Source: PVC group bacterium
Lineage (GTDB): Bacteria > Omnitrophota > Gorgyraeia > B26-G9
Assembly (NCBI GenBank): GCA_024231215.1
Contig: JAAEQR010000072.1
Location: 449,210 to 513,209 of the forward strand
Reading direction: 5' to 3'
DNA: 64,000 bases
Positions 1 through 9,971 of this stretch are shown in pieces (positions within the stretch are counted from its first letter, which is position 1; every line of letters starts with the position of its first letter). The notes under the pieces are model-generated. The model was not told the origin of the DNA. It saw nothing but the letters and a program-made list of their open reading frames with translations, and made no database searches. The position numbers were made by a program, and so were the translations under genes.

Positions 1-2
1 CA

Positions 3-857
3 TTATTGAAAAAACATAGAGACAAAGGGTTGGTGTTTTTCAATCAAATTCAGCCTTGGAAAAAACAAAATGACGAATACTGTGGAGAAGGCTTGGAGTC
101 ACAGCCATATTTAGTGAATCTGATTAAGGATGGACTTGCCGGGGATGTGTTTTTTTACTATTTACCGCATGATCACGAACTTATGCAAGGTTTTACCGAA
201 ACAACGGGATATCCGTTACACACGGTGTTATTAGCGGCAAATAAAAAATTATTTTTTTATGAATATGATCAAAAGTATCAGGCAGATATTTCCTATGTCG
301 GAAGTTTGTTAAAAAATAAAAAGGTTTTTATTAAAGATCATCTCTTTCCTCTGATGAAAAAATATAAAGTAAAAGTATACGGCAGTGATTGGAACCTGGT
401 AAATAAATTGCAGGGATATATGCAAAAAGTCGGCCAATATTTTAATATTGAGCCATTAAAACATGTACGTAAAATAGATTTGCCGATTGAAGATGAAAGA
501 AAGGTTTATTCTTCTTCGCTGATTTCTTTAAATATTCATCTTGATGGGCAAAGAAAATTTGGCAGTGACTTTAATGAAAGAACATTTAAAATTATAGCCA
601 GCGGCGGGTTTGAGATATGTGATAATGTTGCTGTTTTGCGCAAGTATTTTAATGATCAGGAATTAGTAGTAGCAAATAATACCAAGGACTGGTTTGAAAA
701 AATAGATTTTTTTATAAAAAATCCTGATAAAAGAATTCCAATTATTGAAGCCGGGAAAAAGAAAATCTTGGCGGAGCATACTTATGAACATAGGGTGGCT
801 CAACTGATAGATATTTATAATACGATAAAACATGGAAATAAACCAACGTCAAATTGA
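3..857 (+). CDS. CgeB-like glycosyltransferase (Glyco_trans_1_2), 5'-truncated by the window edge
   Basis: Frame is open to the window start. C-terminal motifs ISLNIH, FNERTFKIIASGGF and EHTYEHRV are typical of the CgeB family. Confidence 0.75.
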   Translation, partial: LLKKHRDKGLVFFNQIQPWKKQNDEYCGEGLESQPYLVNLIKDGLAGDVFFYYLPHDHELMQGFTETTGYPLHTVLLAANKKLFFYEYDQKYQADISYVGSLLKNKKVFIKDHLFPLMKKYKVKVYGSDWNLVNKLQGYMQKVGQYFNIEPLKHVRKIDLPIEDERKVYSSSLISLNIHLDGQRKFGSDFNERTFKIIASGGFEICDNVAVLRKYFNDQELVVANNTKDWFEKIDFFIKNPDKRIPIIEAGKKKILAEHTYEHRVAQLIDIYNTIKHGNKPTSN

Positions 858-2398
858 TAAATAATATGAAAAACAAAATTGTTCTTTTTTCTTCAGATTT
901 GCAATATGCCGGGGTGCCGATGGCATTATTAGCGGTTACGAAGCTGCTGGATAAAAAAGAAAATGATATTAAAATTATAACAAGCGCTGAATATCCCAAG
1001 TATAAGGAGGAGATTCTAGCTCAATGTGAAGGTGCTTTGTGTTTTGGGATAAGCTGTATAAGTGGTACTCCGATAAAATCAGCGATAGAAGTTTCCAAGA
1101 TGGTTAAGGAAAAATATCCATCATTGCCGATTATCTGGGGGGGATGGCAGGCGATTACCTTGCCGGATGTTACATTACAGGAGCCCTATGTTGATTATCT
1201 CTGTACTGGGCAGGGGGAGCGTACATTTTCTGAGTTTATTCGTATGCTGCGGGAAAATGATTTTGGTTCAATTGATAAGATAGACGGATTAAGTTATAAG
1301 AATAATGGGGTTATTACACACAATAACAGAAGAGTTCCTGAGGACTTGAATTCTTTTCCCGATTTTGATTTAGATCTGATCGAATGGGATAAATATCTGG
1401 AAGTTACAGATTTTGGAAATAATGTTTTGAGAATTGTAACAAGTTATGGGTGTCCTTATCGCTGCGGTTTCTGCTGTGAGCCTAACAATTCTAAACGACA
1501 ATGGAAATCTCTAACGGCAGAACGAATAATTTCTCTTCTGAAAAAAATCAGGTCTAAAGTTGATTTTGACGGCTTGATGATCGTGGAAAATAATTTTTTT
1601 GTCAGAGAACAGAGAGTTATAGATTTTTGCAATGGATTGATCGAGAATGGGTTTAATATAAAACTTGGGCAGGTCAACGGTAGGACAAATAAACTGGTTA
1701 CCTATAAAGAAAGTACCTGGGGATTACTCAAACAGGCAGGATTACATGATATTCTAATTGGGGCTGAGTCAGCGAATGAGGAGACATTACGGCTCATTAA
1801 TAAAGATGCAACGGTTGAGCAAACATATTTATTAAGTCGGATTTGCCGAAAATACGAGATAAAATTAATTGCCTCTATTATTGTCGGGCTTCCAATCCCG
1901 GCTTATTTTAGTGAGAATTCTCAAGATGCGTTTGATGTTGAATTTAGGGAGATAACTAAATTATACAAAGACCTCTTTCTCTTGGACAGAAATAATCGTT
2001 TGATTATATTTATTTATGCTCCTTTGCCGTTTTCTCCGATGTATGAGAGAGCTATTGAATTAGGTTTTCGTCCCCCGAAAAATCTTGAAGAATGGGGAAA
2101 TTATGATTTAACAGAGACACATATAGGTTGGATTTCTAAAAAGAATATTGTTAAAGTTCAAGCCTTAGTTTATGTTTCTTCGATGTTAGCTATAGATTTT
2201 AAGTATTTAGTGCAAAAGCTACCTATTATCTTGAGAGTATTTGTTATCCCGATGTTGGGCATTGCAAATTGGGTAAGTAAATTGCGTTTGCGATACGATT
2301 GTTATTCATTTCCGTTAGACAGCTATATGTTTTATGCGGCTTTGAAATTATTTAAGAGGTTAAATAAGACATATAAATTTATCAATATAACTAACTAA
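854..2398 (+). CDS. Cobalamin-binding radical SAM protein (putative class B methyltransferase)
   Basis: N-terminal B12-binding-like region (IIWGG, GQGE) and CxxxCxxC motif SYGCPYRCGFC, plus IGAES. The true start may be a nearby ATG. Confidence 0.85.
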   Translation: MINNMKNKIVLFSSDLQYAGVPMALLAVTKLLDKKENDIKIITSAEYPKYKEEILAQCEGALCFGISCISGTPIKSAIEVSKMVKEKYPSLPIIWGGWQAITLPDVTLQEPYVDYLCTGQGERTFSEFIRMLRENDFGSIDKIDGLSYKNNGVITHNNRRVPEDLNSFPDFDLDLIEWDKYLEVTDFGNNVLRIVTSYGCPYRCGFCCEPNNSKRQWKSLTAERIISLLKKIRSKVDFDGLMIVENNFFVREQRVIDFCNGLIENGFNIKLGQVNGRTNKLVTYKESTWGLLKQAGLHDILIGAESANEETLRLINKDATVEQTYLLSRICRKYEIKLIASIIVGLPIPAYFSENSQDAFDVEFREITKLYKDLFLLDRNNRLIIFIYAPLPFSPMYERAIELGFRPPKNLEEWGNYDLTETHIGWISKKNIVKVQALVYVSSMLAIDFKYLVQKLPIILRVFVIPMLGIANWVSKLRLRYDCYSFPLDSYMFYAALKLFKRLNKTYKFINITN

Positions 2399-2435
2399 TA
2401 TCTTTAGAAGCTAGAGTTATTTTAACAGTTATGCT

Positions 2436-5003
2436 GTGCGAAAAAAGGAGGGAATATTGTTTGCATTACAGAAAATTAAAAAAATAGATTTTATCCTGAT
2501 TGTTATTATTGTTTCAATGATCGTTATTGCTTATGGCAAAGTCATGGAAGCATCATTTCAGCAGGATGAATGGTATAGTCTGGCTAACTATCAGGTTACA
2601 AAAGATTTTTCTATAATGGAGACTATTCGGTACTTTACGCAAGGAGGGAATGTGTTCCCGCGGCCGCTAAGTTCATCTTTAAGCTTGATAAACTTTCGTT
2701 TATTTGGAATAAATTATGCTTTGTACTATGTTTGTTCTATTTTGACTCATATAGCTGTGAGCTTGTCTTTATATTATATTATTTTTGCTATGACCAAAAA
2801 GCGGGAACTTGCTTTCTTGACTGGGGTATTTTTTGCTATAAGTAGTACCGGTGCCCAGGCGATTACCTGGATAAGTGCCTATTTTGGGTCTGCTCAGTCT
2901 ACGTTTTTTGCTCTTTGGAGCCTGTTTTTTTACTTTAAATATCTTATTGGGGGGCAGGATAATAAGAAGCTGCAATATGCGGCAGTGGGATTGTTTTTAA
3001 TCGCAATATTATTTAAAGAGACTGTGGCTAATTTAATATTAATTTTCCCTTTCATGCACTTAATTCTTGCTAAGAAACGTGGATTGTTTGTTTTTTTAAA
3101 AGAACAGATTCCTTTATTAGTAACAATAGTTGGGTTTTTTCTGATTTTCTTTTCTCCTAGTTTTTTTAAAACTGCGGATAGTTCTATGGTGAGCCAAGCA
3201 GCTTCGGGGAGTAGTAATATAGCGGTATTATTATATCGTTCTGTTACTATTCCTTTTTCTGTTCTTGTTGATGTATATTTCCCTCCAGTATTCTTGTATA
3301 AGTGGAGTGCAATAATTACCCAGCTGGATCACCCATTTTTTTATTCTCAAAAAGGCACAAGTGTATATGATATTTTTATTGGATCAGCGGGGGCTAATCT
3401 AGTAACTTGCTATTTGCTATTAGGAATTTTATCATGTGTAGCGGGAGTATTGTCATATCTTAAAAAACACGATCAAAAGCTTTTTAATATTTTTTTAATT
3501 TTCTTTGGTTTTGTATTGACTGGCGGATTACCGCTTATTTTTGCGTATAGTGCTTCCTTTGCGGTTTTGGAATCAAGATATCTTTATTTGCCAGCAATTG
3601 GAGGAATGTTTATGCTGGCAGTAGCTGTAGATATTATGGGAAAGATGATTGGGAATTTATTTTCTGAAGATTGGAAGGAAACAGTCTATTATTGTTTGAT
3701 TGGTTTGCTTGCAATTGGTTTTTGTATTTTTAATATTCCAAAGATACGAGAGCCGATAAAAGAACTTGTGAGGATTTCTAAGGTGCGTAACTCTATTGTC
3801 GAAGGAATCGGTTCTAACTTGTCTCCTAAATCAAAAAGATTTTTTATTTATACTAAAAGCAATAGATCTTATTATGGGAAGGCTGAAACAATATTGCCAT
3901 TTCAGTGCGGAGCAGGGTATCTTTTGATGACAAGACATAGTATGAATAATGAAATGTTTATTCCGTTGTTGAAAGATAATCATTTATGGGATCTTACTAG
4001 TCAGGGAGTAGCTGAAGCTGACGGGATAGTTTTCGGATACTTCAGAGAATATCCTCTTTTTAAAAAAGCTATTTCAGAATATGAGGTAAAGGCTGAGGAA
4101 TTATATGCTTTTACTTGGGATGGGTATGCTGGGGAATTCGAAGATATTACTATCAGTGAGAGGCAACAGTTACAGGAAATCAAATACTATATAAATAAAG
4201 ATTTTGATAAAGATAGTTTGAAAATTGGTGTTCCAGATGGGAAGACTCGTCGTTTTTATTATGAAGGATTCATGTCTTCCCCGGTTGCAAAAATTGTTAA
4301 TCTTAAAAATGATAAAGAGTGGTTTTTTTGTGATTTTGCTAAAGGTGATGCTCGCAGACCTGAACCGAATACACAGGATTACTATTTAACCTATAAATAT
4401 GGGCTGGAAGATACTTATGGCGGAGCTTTAGTGGTCTATCATCTCTCAGGCAATGGGACAAATATTTATAGTATTCCCGGGGTAGTCTATGGTAAGCAGG
4501 TAGCTGGGTTGCATTATGCTCGAGCTTCGACTGGGGCTGTCCCGAAAAAGATTAGAAGAAAAAATGATGGAAGTATAGATATTGAGTTTGAAGCAACTTA
4601 TAATTCGGGGCAAGGGGTGCAGTTTGGAGCTTTACTTAATGAACCCGTTTTGTATTATATTCCCGGCAAAGGGGTCGAGGATATAGTTAAGGGGATGTAT
4701 GCAAAAGTTGAAGCTGACGGGAAGAAGAAGGCTTACGAGATAAGTTTGCCTGGGCAGCTGAAAACCTTGCGGTCATATTGGGAAAGTGATATATTAAGGT
4801 ATCAACCAAAGGCATTTATAGCCGGGAAAATGATACAAATTGTTAAATGGAGCGGATTAGAGACAAATACTTTGCGAATTGAATTTGCCCAGCCACCGGC
4901 AAAGGGAGCAGAAATTTTGGTTCCTTTGCTGGTTACTTATGCTCCTAAGCAAGAAGATGATAATATACTTATAATGAATTTTGCTGCTTGTGTTGCAAAA
5001 TAA
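2436..5003 (+). CDS. Polytopic GT-C-fold glycosyltransferase-like membrane protein with an unknown C-terminal ~250-aa domain
   Basis: About 11-12 hydrophobic segments; FQQDEW acidic motif after TM1; RPL, FKET and SRYLYLP motifs; large soluble C-terminus. Confidence 0.6.
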   Translation: MRKKEGILFALQKIKKIDFILIVIIVSMIVIAYGKVMEASFQQDEWYSLANYQVTKDFSIMETIRYFTQGGNVFPRPLSSSLSLINFRLFGINYALYYVCSILTHIAVSLSLYYIIFAMTKKRELAFLTGVFFAISSTGAQAITWISAYFGSAQSTFFALWSLFFYFKYLIGGQDNKKLQYAAVGLFLIAILFKETVANLILIFPFMHLILAKKRGLFVFLKEQIPLLVTIVGFFLIFFSPSFFKTADSSMVSQAASGSSNIAVLLYRSVTIPFSVLVDVYFPPVFLYKWSAIITQLDHPFFYSQKGTSVYDIFIGSAGANLVTCYLLLGILSCVAGVLSYLKKHDQKLFNIFLIFFGFVLTGGLPLIFAYSASFAVLESRYLYLPAIGGMFMLAVAVDIMGKMIGNLFSEDWKETVYYCLIGLLAIGFCIFNIPKIREPIKELVRISKVRNSIVEGIGSNLSPKSKRFFIYTKSNRSYYGKAETILPFQCGAGYLLMTRHSMNNEMFIPLLKDNHLWDLTSQGVAEADGIVFGYFREYPLFKKAISEYEVKAEELYAFTWDGYAGEFEDITISERQQLQEIKYYINKDFDKDSLKIGVPDGKTRRFYYEGFMSSPVAKIVNLKNDKEWFFCDFAKGDARRPEPNTQDYYLTYKYGLEDTYGGALVVYHLSGNGTNIYSIPGVVYGKQVAGLHYARASTGAVPKKIRRKNDGSIDIEFEATYNSGQGVQFGALLNEPVLYYIPGKGVEDIVKGMYAKVEADGKKKAYEISLPGQLKTLRSYWESDILRYQPKAFIAGKMIQIVKWSGLETNTLRIEFAQPPAKGAEILVPLLVTYAPKQEDDNILIMNFAACVAK
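4215..4973 (+). repeat. Copy 1 of a ~760-bp (~250-aa) coding duplication
   Basis: Colinear with 6881-7636 (EWFFCDF, TQDYYL, YHLSGNGTNIYS, LLNEPVLYYIPGKGV, DILRYQPKAFI, EFAQPP). Confidence 0.95.
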
Positions 5004-5017
5004 AATACAAGGCTTAA

Positions 5018-8000
5018 ATGCGCAACGTAAAAAACTTTTTATATAGTACAATTATAATTTTAGTAGGAATTATTGCATGGCATAGGGTTCTGGATTTTGT
5101 TTTTTTTAAAGCTTATGAACCTGGCTGGCTGATGGCTCGTTACAATCCAAATTTGAGCTTTGACCAATTGCTGCTTAGCCTAATGCGGGCACATGCTTTT
5201 ATCTATTTTTTGTGTTATAAGGTTTTTGGATGGAATCCCATGGGGTGGTATGGGGTAAGTTTAGTTCTACATTTGTTAGCAGCATTGTTGATAGCGTATC
5301 TTACAGGATTTATTACTAAAAGTGAAAAGACCGGGTTTATTGCCGGTCTTTTTTTTGTTGCTAATGTTGCTTATAATGATGTGCTTACCTGGGGCAGTTT
5401 CAATGCATATTATGCTTTTATCATGTGTGCTTTTATTGCTGCTATTTTATTTTTTGGTTATTATCGTAAAACCAGCAATAGAGATTATTATTTGCTTTCT
5501 GTGGTGATGTTTTTTTTAGCCTTGGTTACCCGTGAAACAGCTTTACTTATTCCTATTTTTATTTTTCTTTTTGATATAATTATAATCCACCATTTGAAAG
5601 TGAAAGAGTTCTTTTTTCAGAATAAACGAAAACTGCTTGTATATATTCCATATTTTGTTTTGGCAGTTGCCTATCTTATATTTAGGGCCAAATTTATTTG
5701 CGGACTAAGTGGCGATAGTATGGATGGGCAGGTAAAGCTGGGGATGAAGCTAGTAGCGGAAAAGCAGTATATTTTATTCTTTAGCAGAGTTATGCTGGCT
5801 TTTGGACGTAATTTTGCGGCGCATATTGTGCCGTATGTGTTATTAAATAAATTACCCGCAATATTATATTCTTTGCTGGGTTGGGTGTTTTGGGGAAGTA
5901 TTGGACTTGTTGTCATTGCTGTTCGGAAAAATAAACAGCTTTTTACAGTTTTGTTCTTTGCTTTATTATGGATGAGCATTCAGACTCTTTTTATTTCACT
6001 GGCTATGCCGGCAACAGAGGAAATACTGGCGAGAAAGTATCTTTGGAATACCAGAAGATACAGTTATTATCCATTTTTTGGAGTGGTTTTATTTGGCAGT
6101 GTAATTATTGATCACATTGTTAATGTTATAGCAACAAAAAAGAAAATGTTTCACGGGCGATCGAATGTTCTTTTATGGACTATTGTCTGGGTGATTGTAG
6201 CGGGAAATATTTTAATGATCTGGAACGTTGAAGCTTTTGTGGCTAAGACTGTTTATGATCCGTCTAAAAAGTTTTTTAATGACCTTAAATCTTTTTATCC
6301 TATGCTTCCTGAAGGACTTGCTATTTACCAATATCCTAATGCTTCCGGGTTGTCAGATTTATTCTATGAATGGAATTGGACCAAGGAATTAAAGCATCCT
6401 AATCTTAAGGGGCAGCCTTTTCGCAGTGAAACGCAAATGGCCAGAATGTTTGAAAAAATAGAAAAAAAACAATTTTCTTTTGATGAAATATACTTTTTTG
6501 ATTATAACGATAAGGATGGATTAAGGGATTTTACAAAAGAAGCAAAACATTGGATTGAAAACTATCAAGAAGTAGAGATTTCTCTAAGTCGGGAGATTGA
6601 TTCCTATTTTGTGCTGCCAAAGAAGCGAGGAGCGATTAATATTATTCCGGAAGTAATAATTTCATTAAAAGATGAAAAGATAGCTCCTGTTGAATTTCCG
6701 TATTTTCTAGAAATAAAAATGAAAGCGACAATGATAAATGATCTAAAATTTCCTTTTTGCGTATCAGGAGACCGATTGTTACTGGAATCTGATATTTTGA
6801 AAAATGTTAATATATCTCGTGAAAATCGAGGCGCTATTAAACAATTACCATTGCATATAGGTCAGAGTGTACTGCCGAGTAGCTTACGGCTTGGCATTCC
6901 GGATGGGGAGTCCAGAGAGTTTATAAAACAGGGGATTATGAGTTGTCCGGTAGCAAAAGTAATGAATCAAAAGGATAACAGAGAATGGTTTTTTTGTGAT
7001 TTTGTTAAAGGGCAAGAGCGGATAGCTGAGCCCGGAACACAAGATTACTATTTAATATATAAATATGGGTTTGAAGATACTTATGGAGGGGCAGGGTTAG
7101 TATATCATTTATCCGGAAATGGCACTAATATATATAGTGTGCCCGGGACTATTTATGGTCACGAGGTAGCTGGTTTACAATATGCCAGAGCAGCAAACGG
7201 TGATTTGCCGAGGAAGATTACCCGTAAAGATGATGGGCAGATAGATATTGAATTTGCTTCTGTGTATAATGCGGGGCAGGGATTACAGTTTGGAGTTTTG
7301 TTGAATGAGCCGGTATTGTATTATATCCCTGGCAAAGGGGTGCAGGATATTGCCAAGGGCAAGTATGCAGAAATTAAAGCAGACGGTATAAGAAAAAGAT
7401 ATGAAATTGGTTTAAGCGGAGAGCTAAAAGCCTTGCGGTCATATTGGGGAAATGATATATTGAGGTATCAACCTAAGGCTTTTATCGATGGTAAGATGAC
7501 ACAAATTGTTAAATGGTGCGGATTAGGTACTAATACTCTTACAGTTGAATTTGCGCAACCGCCGCGCAGGGGAGCTAATATATTGATCCCTATGCTTGTA
7601 ACATATGCTCCGAGGCAAGAAGATAATATAATTATTACTTCTGAAGACAAACTGAAAAATAAATTGCATAAGAGTGAGATTGTAAATCCTGAAGTATTAC
7701 GTTCACTTACTATCTATGCTAAAGATAGAAAGGAATTTCTCGATAAAGCTGTTGTTTCTGTGAGCGGGACTCATGAACAATGGCCGGGTGAGCCGTTTTT
7801 GCATTTTTTACCGGACAATCTCATGGATGGGGATTTTGGAGATCGTTCTCAATGGATTTCAGAATCTAAGCCTTCCTGGATTGTTATAGATCAGGGGGAA
7901 TCAAAAAACGTCGGAGCTCTAATCTGGAAGGCAAAAGCTGGTTCGGGGAGAGTGCCCAGTACATATTCGTATTACAGTTCCAATGATGGTAAAGAATGGC

Positions 8001-8554
8001 GCTTTATTAAGAAGGAGAAAGGGAATAATCAAACAGAAAAGATTGATATTTTTCATCCTGCGATAAATGGGCGATATTTTAAAATGGAGATTGAAACAAC
8101 GTCAATGGGTGATTATGCAATGTTGCAGGAGCTTGAGCTTGTAGGAGAAGAAGCGAGTAAAATTTTCACCTACTACCAAATCAGGCAGGAACTTATACAT
8201 GATAGTAAACATTTCACTTCATATATAGGATCAAAAGATGAAATGGGAAACATGCTTTCTCTTGGACTCGATGGGGGATGGGCAAAGCTTTCCTGGCGGA
8301 CAAGAAGTGGTTGGGAAGAAGATTGTTTTATTGAGTTTCCTTATTATGTTGATGGCAAGTACCATGTTTATAGGTTAGATATTAAAGAAGGAGATGTCTA
8401 TGGTCGTCAGGGCGAGTTTTTGAAAAGAAAATTACATGAGCTGCGTCTTGATCTAGGGGAATTTCCGGCAAAATATGAGATAGAGTCGATTAAATTAATT
8501 CCAAAATATAATTTAAGGAGTAATAATGAAAATTCGAATTCCACAGTACGATAA
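5018..8554 (+). CDS. Polytopic GT-C-like membrane protein carrying a second copy of the unknown domain and an F5/8 type C (discoidin/CBM32-like) domain
   Basis: Multi-TM N-terminus (TRET, RRYSYYP). Discoidin motifs NLMDGD, WIVIDQG, YSSNDGKEW and GRYFKM at ~7740-8150. Confidence 0.6.
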   Translation: MRNVKNFLYSTIIILVGIIAWHRVLDFVFFKAYEPGWLMARYNPNLSFDQLLLSLMRAHAFIYFLCYKVFGWNPMGWYGVSLVLHLLAALLIAYLTGFITKSEKTGFIAGLFFVANVAYNDVLTWGSFNAYYAFIMCAFIAAILFFGYYRKTSNRDYYLLSVVMFFLALVTRETALLIPIFIFLFDIIIIHHLKVKEFFFQNKRKLLVYIPYFVLAVAYLIFRAKFICGLSGDSMDGQVKLGMKLVAEKQYILFFSRVMLAFGRNFAAHIVPYVLLNKLPAILYSLLGWVFWGSIGLVVIAVRKNKQLFTVLFFALLWMSIQTLFISLAMPATEEILARKYLWNTRRYSYYPFFGVVLFGSVIIDHIVNVIATKKKMFHGRSNVLLWTIVWVIVAGNILMIWNVEAFVAKTVYDPSKKFFNDLKSFYPMLPEGLAIYQYPNASGLSDLFYEWNWTKELKHPNLKGQPFRSETQMARMFEKIEKKQFSFDEIYFFDYNDKDGLRDFTKEAKHWIENYQEVEISLSREIDSYFVLPKKRGAINIIPEVIISLKDEKIAPVEFPYFLEIKMKATMINDLKFPFCVSGDRLLLESDILKNVNISRENRGAIKQLPLHIGQSVLPSSLRLGIPDGESREFIKQGIMSCPVAKVMNQKDNREWFFCDFVKGQERIAEPGTQDYYLIYKYGFEDTYGGAGLVYHLSGNGTNIYSVPGTIYGHEVAGLQYARAANGDLPRKITRKDDGQIDIEFASVYNAGQGLQFGVLLNEPVLYYIPGKGVQDIAKGKYAEIKADGIRKRYEIGLSGELKALRSYWGNDILRYQPKAFIDGKMTQIVKWCGLGTNTLTVEFAQPPRRGANILIPMLVTYAPRQEDNIIITSEDKLKNKLHKSEIVNPEVLRSLTIYAKDRKEFLDKAVVSVSGTHEQWPGEPFLHFLPDNLMDGDFGDRSQWISESKPSWIVIDQGESKNVGALIWKAKAGSGRVPSTYSYYSSNDGKEWRFIKKEKGNNQTEKIDIFHPAINGRYFKMEIETTSMGDYAMLQELELVGEEASKIFTYYQIRQELIHDSKHFTSYIGSKDEMGNMLSLGLDGGWAKLSWRTRSGWEEDCFIEFPYYVDGKYHVYRLDIKEGDVYGRQGEFLKRKLHELRLDLGEFPAKYEIESIKLIPKYNLRSNNENSNSTVR
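6881..7636 (+). repeat. Copy 2 of the ~760-bp (~250-aa) coding duplication
   Basis: Same peptide blocks as 4215-4973; shared DNA such as ccttgcggtcatattggg. Confidence 0.95.
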
Positions 8555-9185
8555 TATTAGAAAACTTAATTATAAATATCTCGATAGCACAGTAAAGCAA
8601 TATTATAAGCCGCTTGTGAGAGGGCCGATGATTAAGCGGTTGCAACTGGCACTTATGCTTATAGGTGATGAAAAAAAGAAACGGTTACTTGATGTGGGGT
8701 TTGGGGGCGGTACATTTTTCCCGGAATTGAGTACTCGTTGTGAAGAACTTTTTGGTATAGATGTTCATCCTGAGATTGAAACAGTTAAAAAGATGTTGGA
8801 AAAAGAAGATATAAAGGCGGATATTTCTAATGGAAGTATTTTGAATATAGCTCACCCCGATGGTTTTTTTGATTGTGTTGTTTGTATGAGTGTTTTAGAG
8901 CATTTAGAAGGAGAAACATTAAAAAATGCTGTTCGGGAGATGTCGAGGGTTCTAGCTGTGAATGGAAAATGTATAATTGGAGTTCCGGTTAAAAATAAGA
9001 TTTCAGATGCTATAATAGACAAAATACTTAAATTTAAGCCGGATGAAATTCATCCTACAAGCCATTCGATGGCTTTAGATGCTTTAACTGAGTGTTTTGA
9101 TCTAAAGGAAGAGGTTCATTATCCTTTTTTTATGCCTCTTGATTGGTCGCTGTATACGGTTTTTTCATTTATTAAAAAACGCTAA
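8526..9185 (+). CDS. Class I SAM-dependent methyltransferase
   Basis: LLDVGFGGG motif I; FDCVVCMSVLEHL; RVL. Confidence 0.88.
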   Translation: MKIRIPQYDNIRKLNYKYLDSTVKQYYKPLVRGPMIKRLQLALMLIGDEKKKRLLDVGFGGGTFFPELSTRCEELFGIDVHPEIETVKKMLEKEDIKADISNGSILNIAHPDGFFDCVVCMSVLEHLEGETLKNAVREMSRVLAVNGKCIIGVPVKNKISDAIIDKILKFKPDEIHPTSHSMALDALTECFDLKEEVHYPFFMPLDWSLYTVFSFIKKR

Positions 9186-9238
9186 ATTAAGATCAAAGTA
9201 TTATAAGGAAATACTAGATTGTAAAAGAGGAGATAGTT

Positions 9239-9910
9239 ATGGGTGTAAGTATTATTATTCCAGCTAAAAATGAAGGTGAAGGAATTACTAGAATTTTAGA
9301 ATCTATAAAAGGTTATGCGAATGAAATTATAGTAGTTGATGGACATTCTCAGGATGGGACAAAAGAGAAAGTTGAAAAGTTTGGGGCAAAGTTTATTCTG
9401 GATAACAAAAAAGGCCGGGGTGATGCTGTTCGGGTAGCAATTAAAGCTGCCTCAGAGGATATAATTTTATTTTTCGATGCAGATGGATCTCACGATGATA
9501 AGGATGTTCTTAGTGTGTTAAAGCCATTGCAAGAAGGTAAAGCTGATATGGTAACCTGTTCTCGCCGTAAGGGTGGAAGTTTGGATATTAAAATGGATTT
9601 TCCCGGATTTATTCGGATGGTGGGTTGCGATATGCTTGCGATGCTTATTAATCTTCGTTGGAAATCAGATCTTTCGGATGTTCTGTATAGTTTTCGGGCT
9701 ATAAAGCGAGAGGTTATTCTAGATTTGAATTTAAAAGCTGACAAATTCTATATTGAGCAGGAAATGATTGTTAAAGCCCTCAAAAAGAAATATAAAATTA
9801 TTGAAATACCTAGCCGTGAGTTTGCTCGGGGGTGGGGGAACTCGAAATTATCTACATTTGAAGGGATTGAATTTTTCTTGCATTTTATTCGGGAAGCTTT
9901 ATTACCGTAA
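9239..9910 (+). CDS. GT2 glycosyltransferase, polyprenol-phosphate-sugar synthase (DPM1)-like
   Basis: SIIIPAKNE, VVDGHSQDGT, FDADGSHD, G.SKL motifs. Confidence 0.85.
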   Translation: MGVSIIIPAKNEGEGITRILESIKGYANEIIVVDGHSQDGTKEKVEKFGAKFILDNKKGRGDAVRVAIKAASEDIILFFDADGSHDDKDVLSVLKPLQEGKADMVTCSRRKGGSLDIKMDFPGFIRMVGCDMLAMLINLRWKSDLSDVLYSFRAIKREVILDLNLKADKFYIEQEMIVKALKKKYKIIEIPSREFARGWGNSKLSTFEGIEFFLHFIREALLP

Positions 9911-9971
9911 AAACAAGGTGGACTTTTTAAGATAAATAACTCATTCTTTGAATTTAATATAGGAGATTGTA

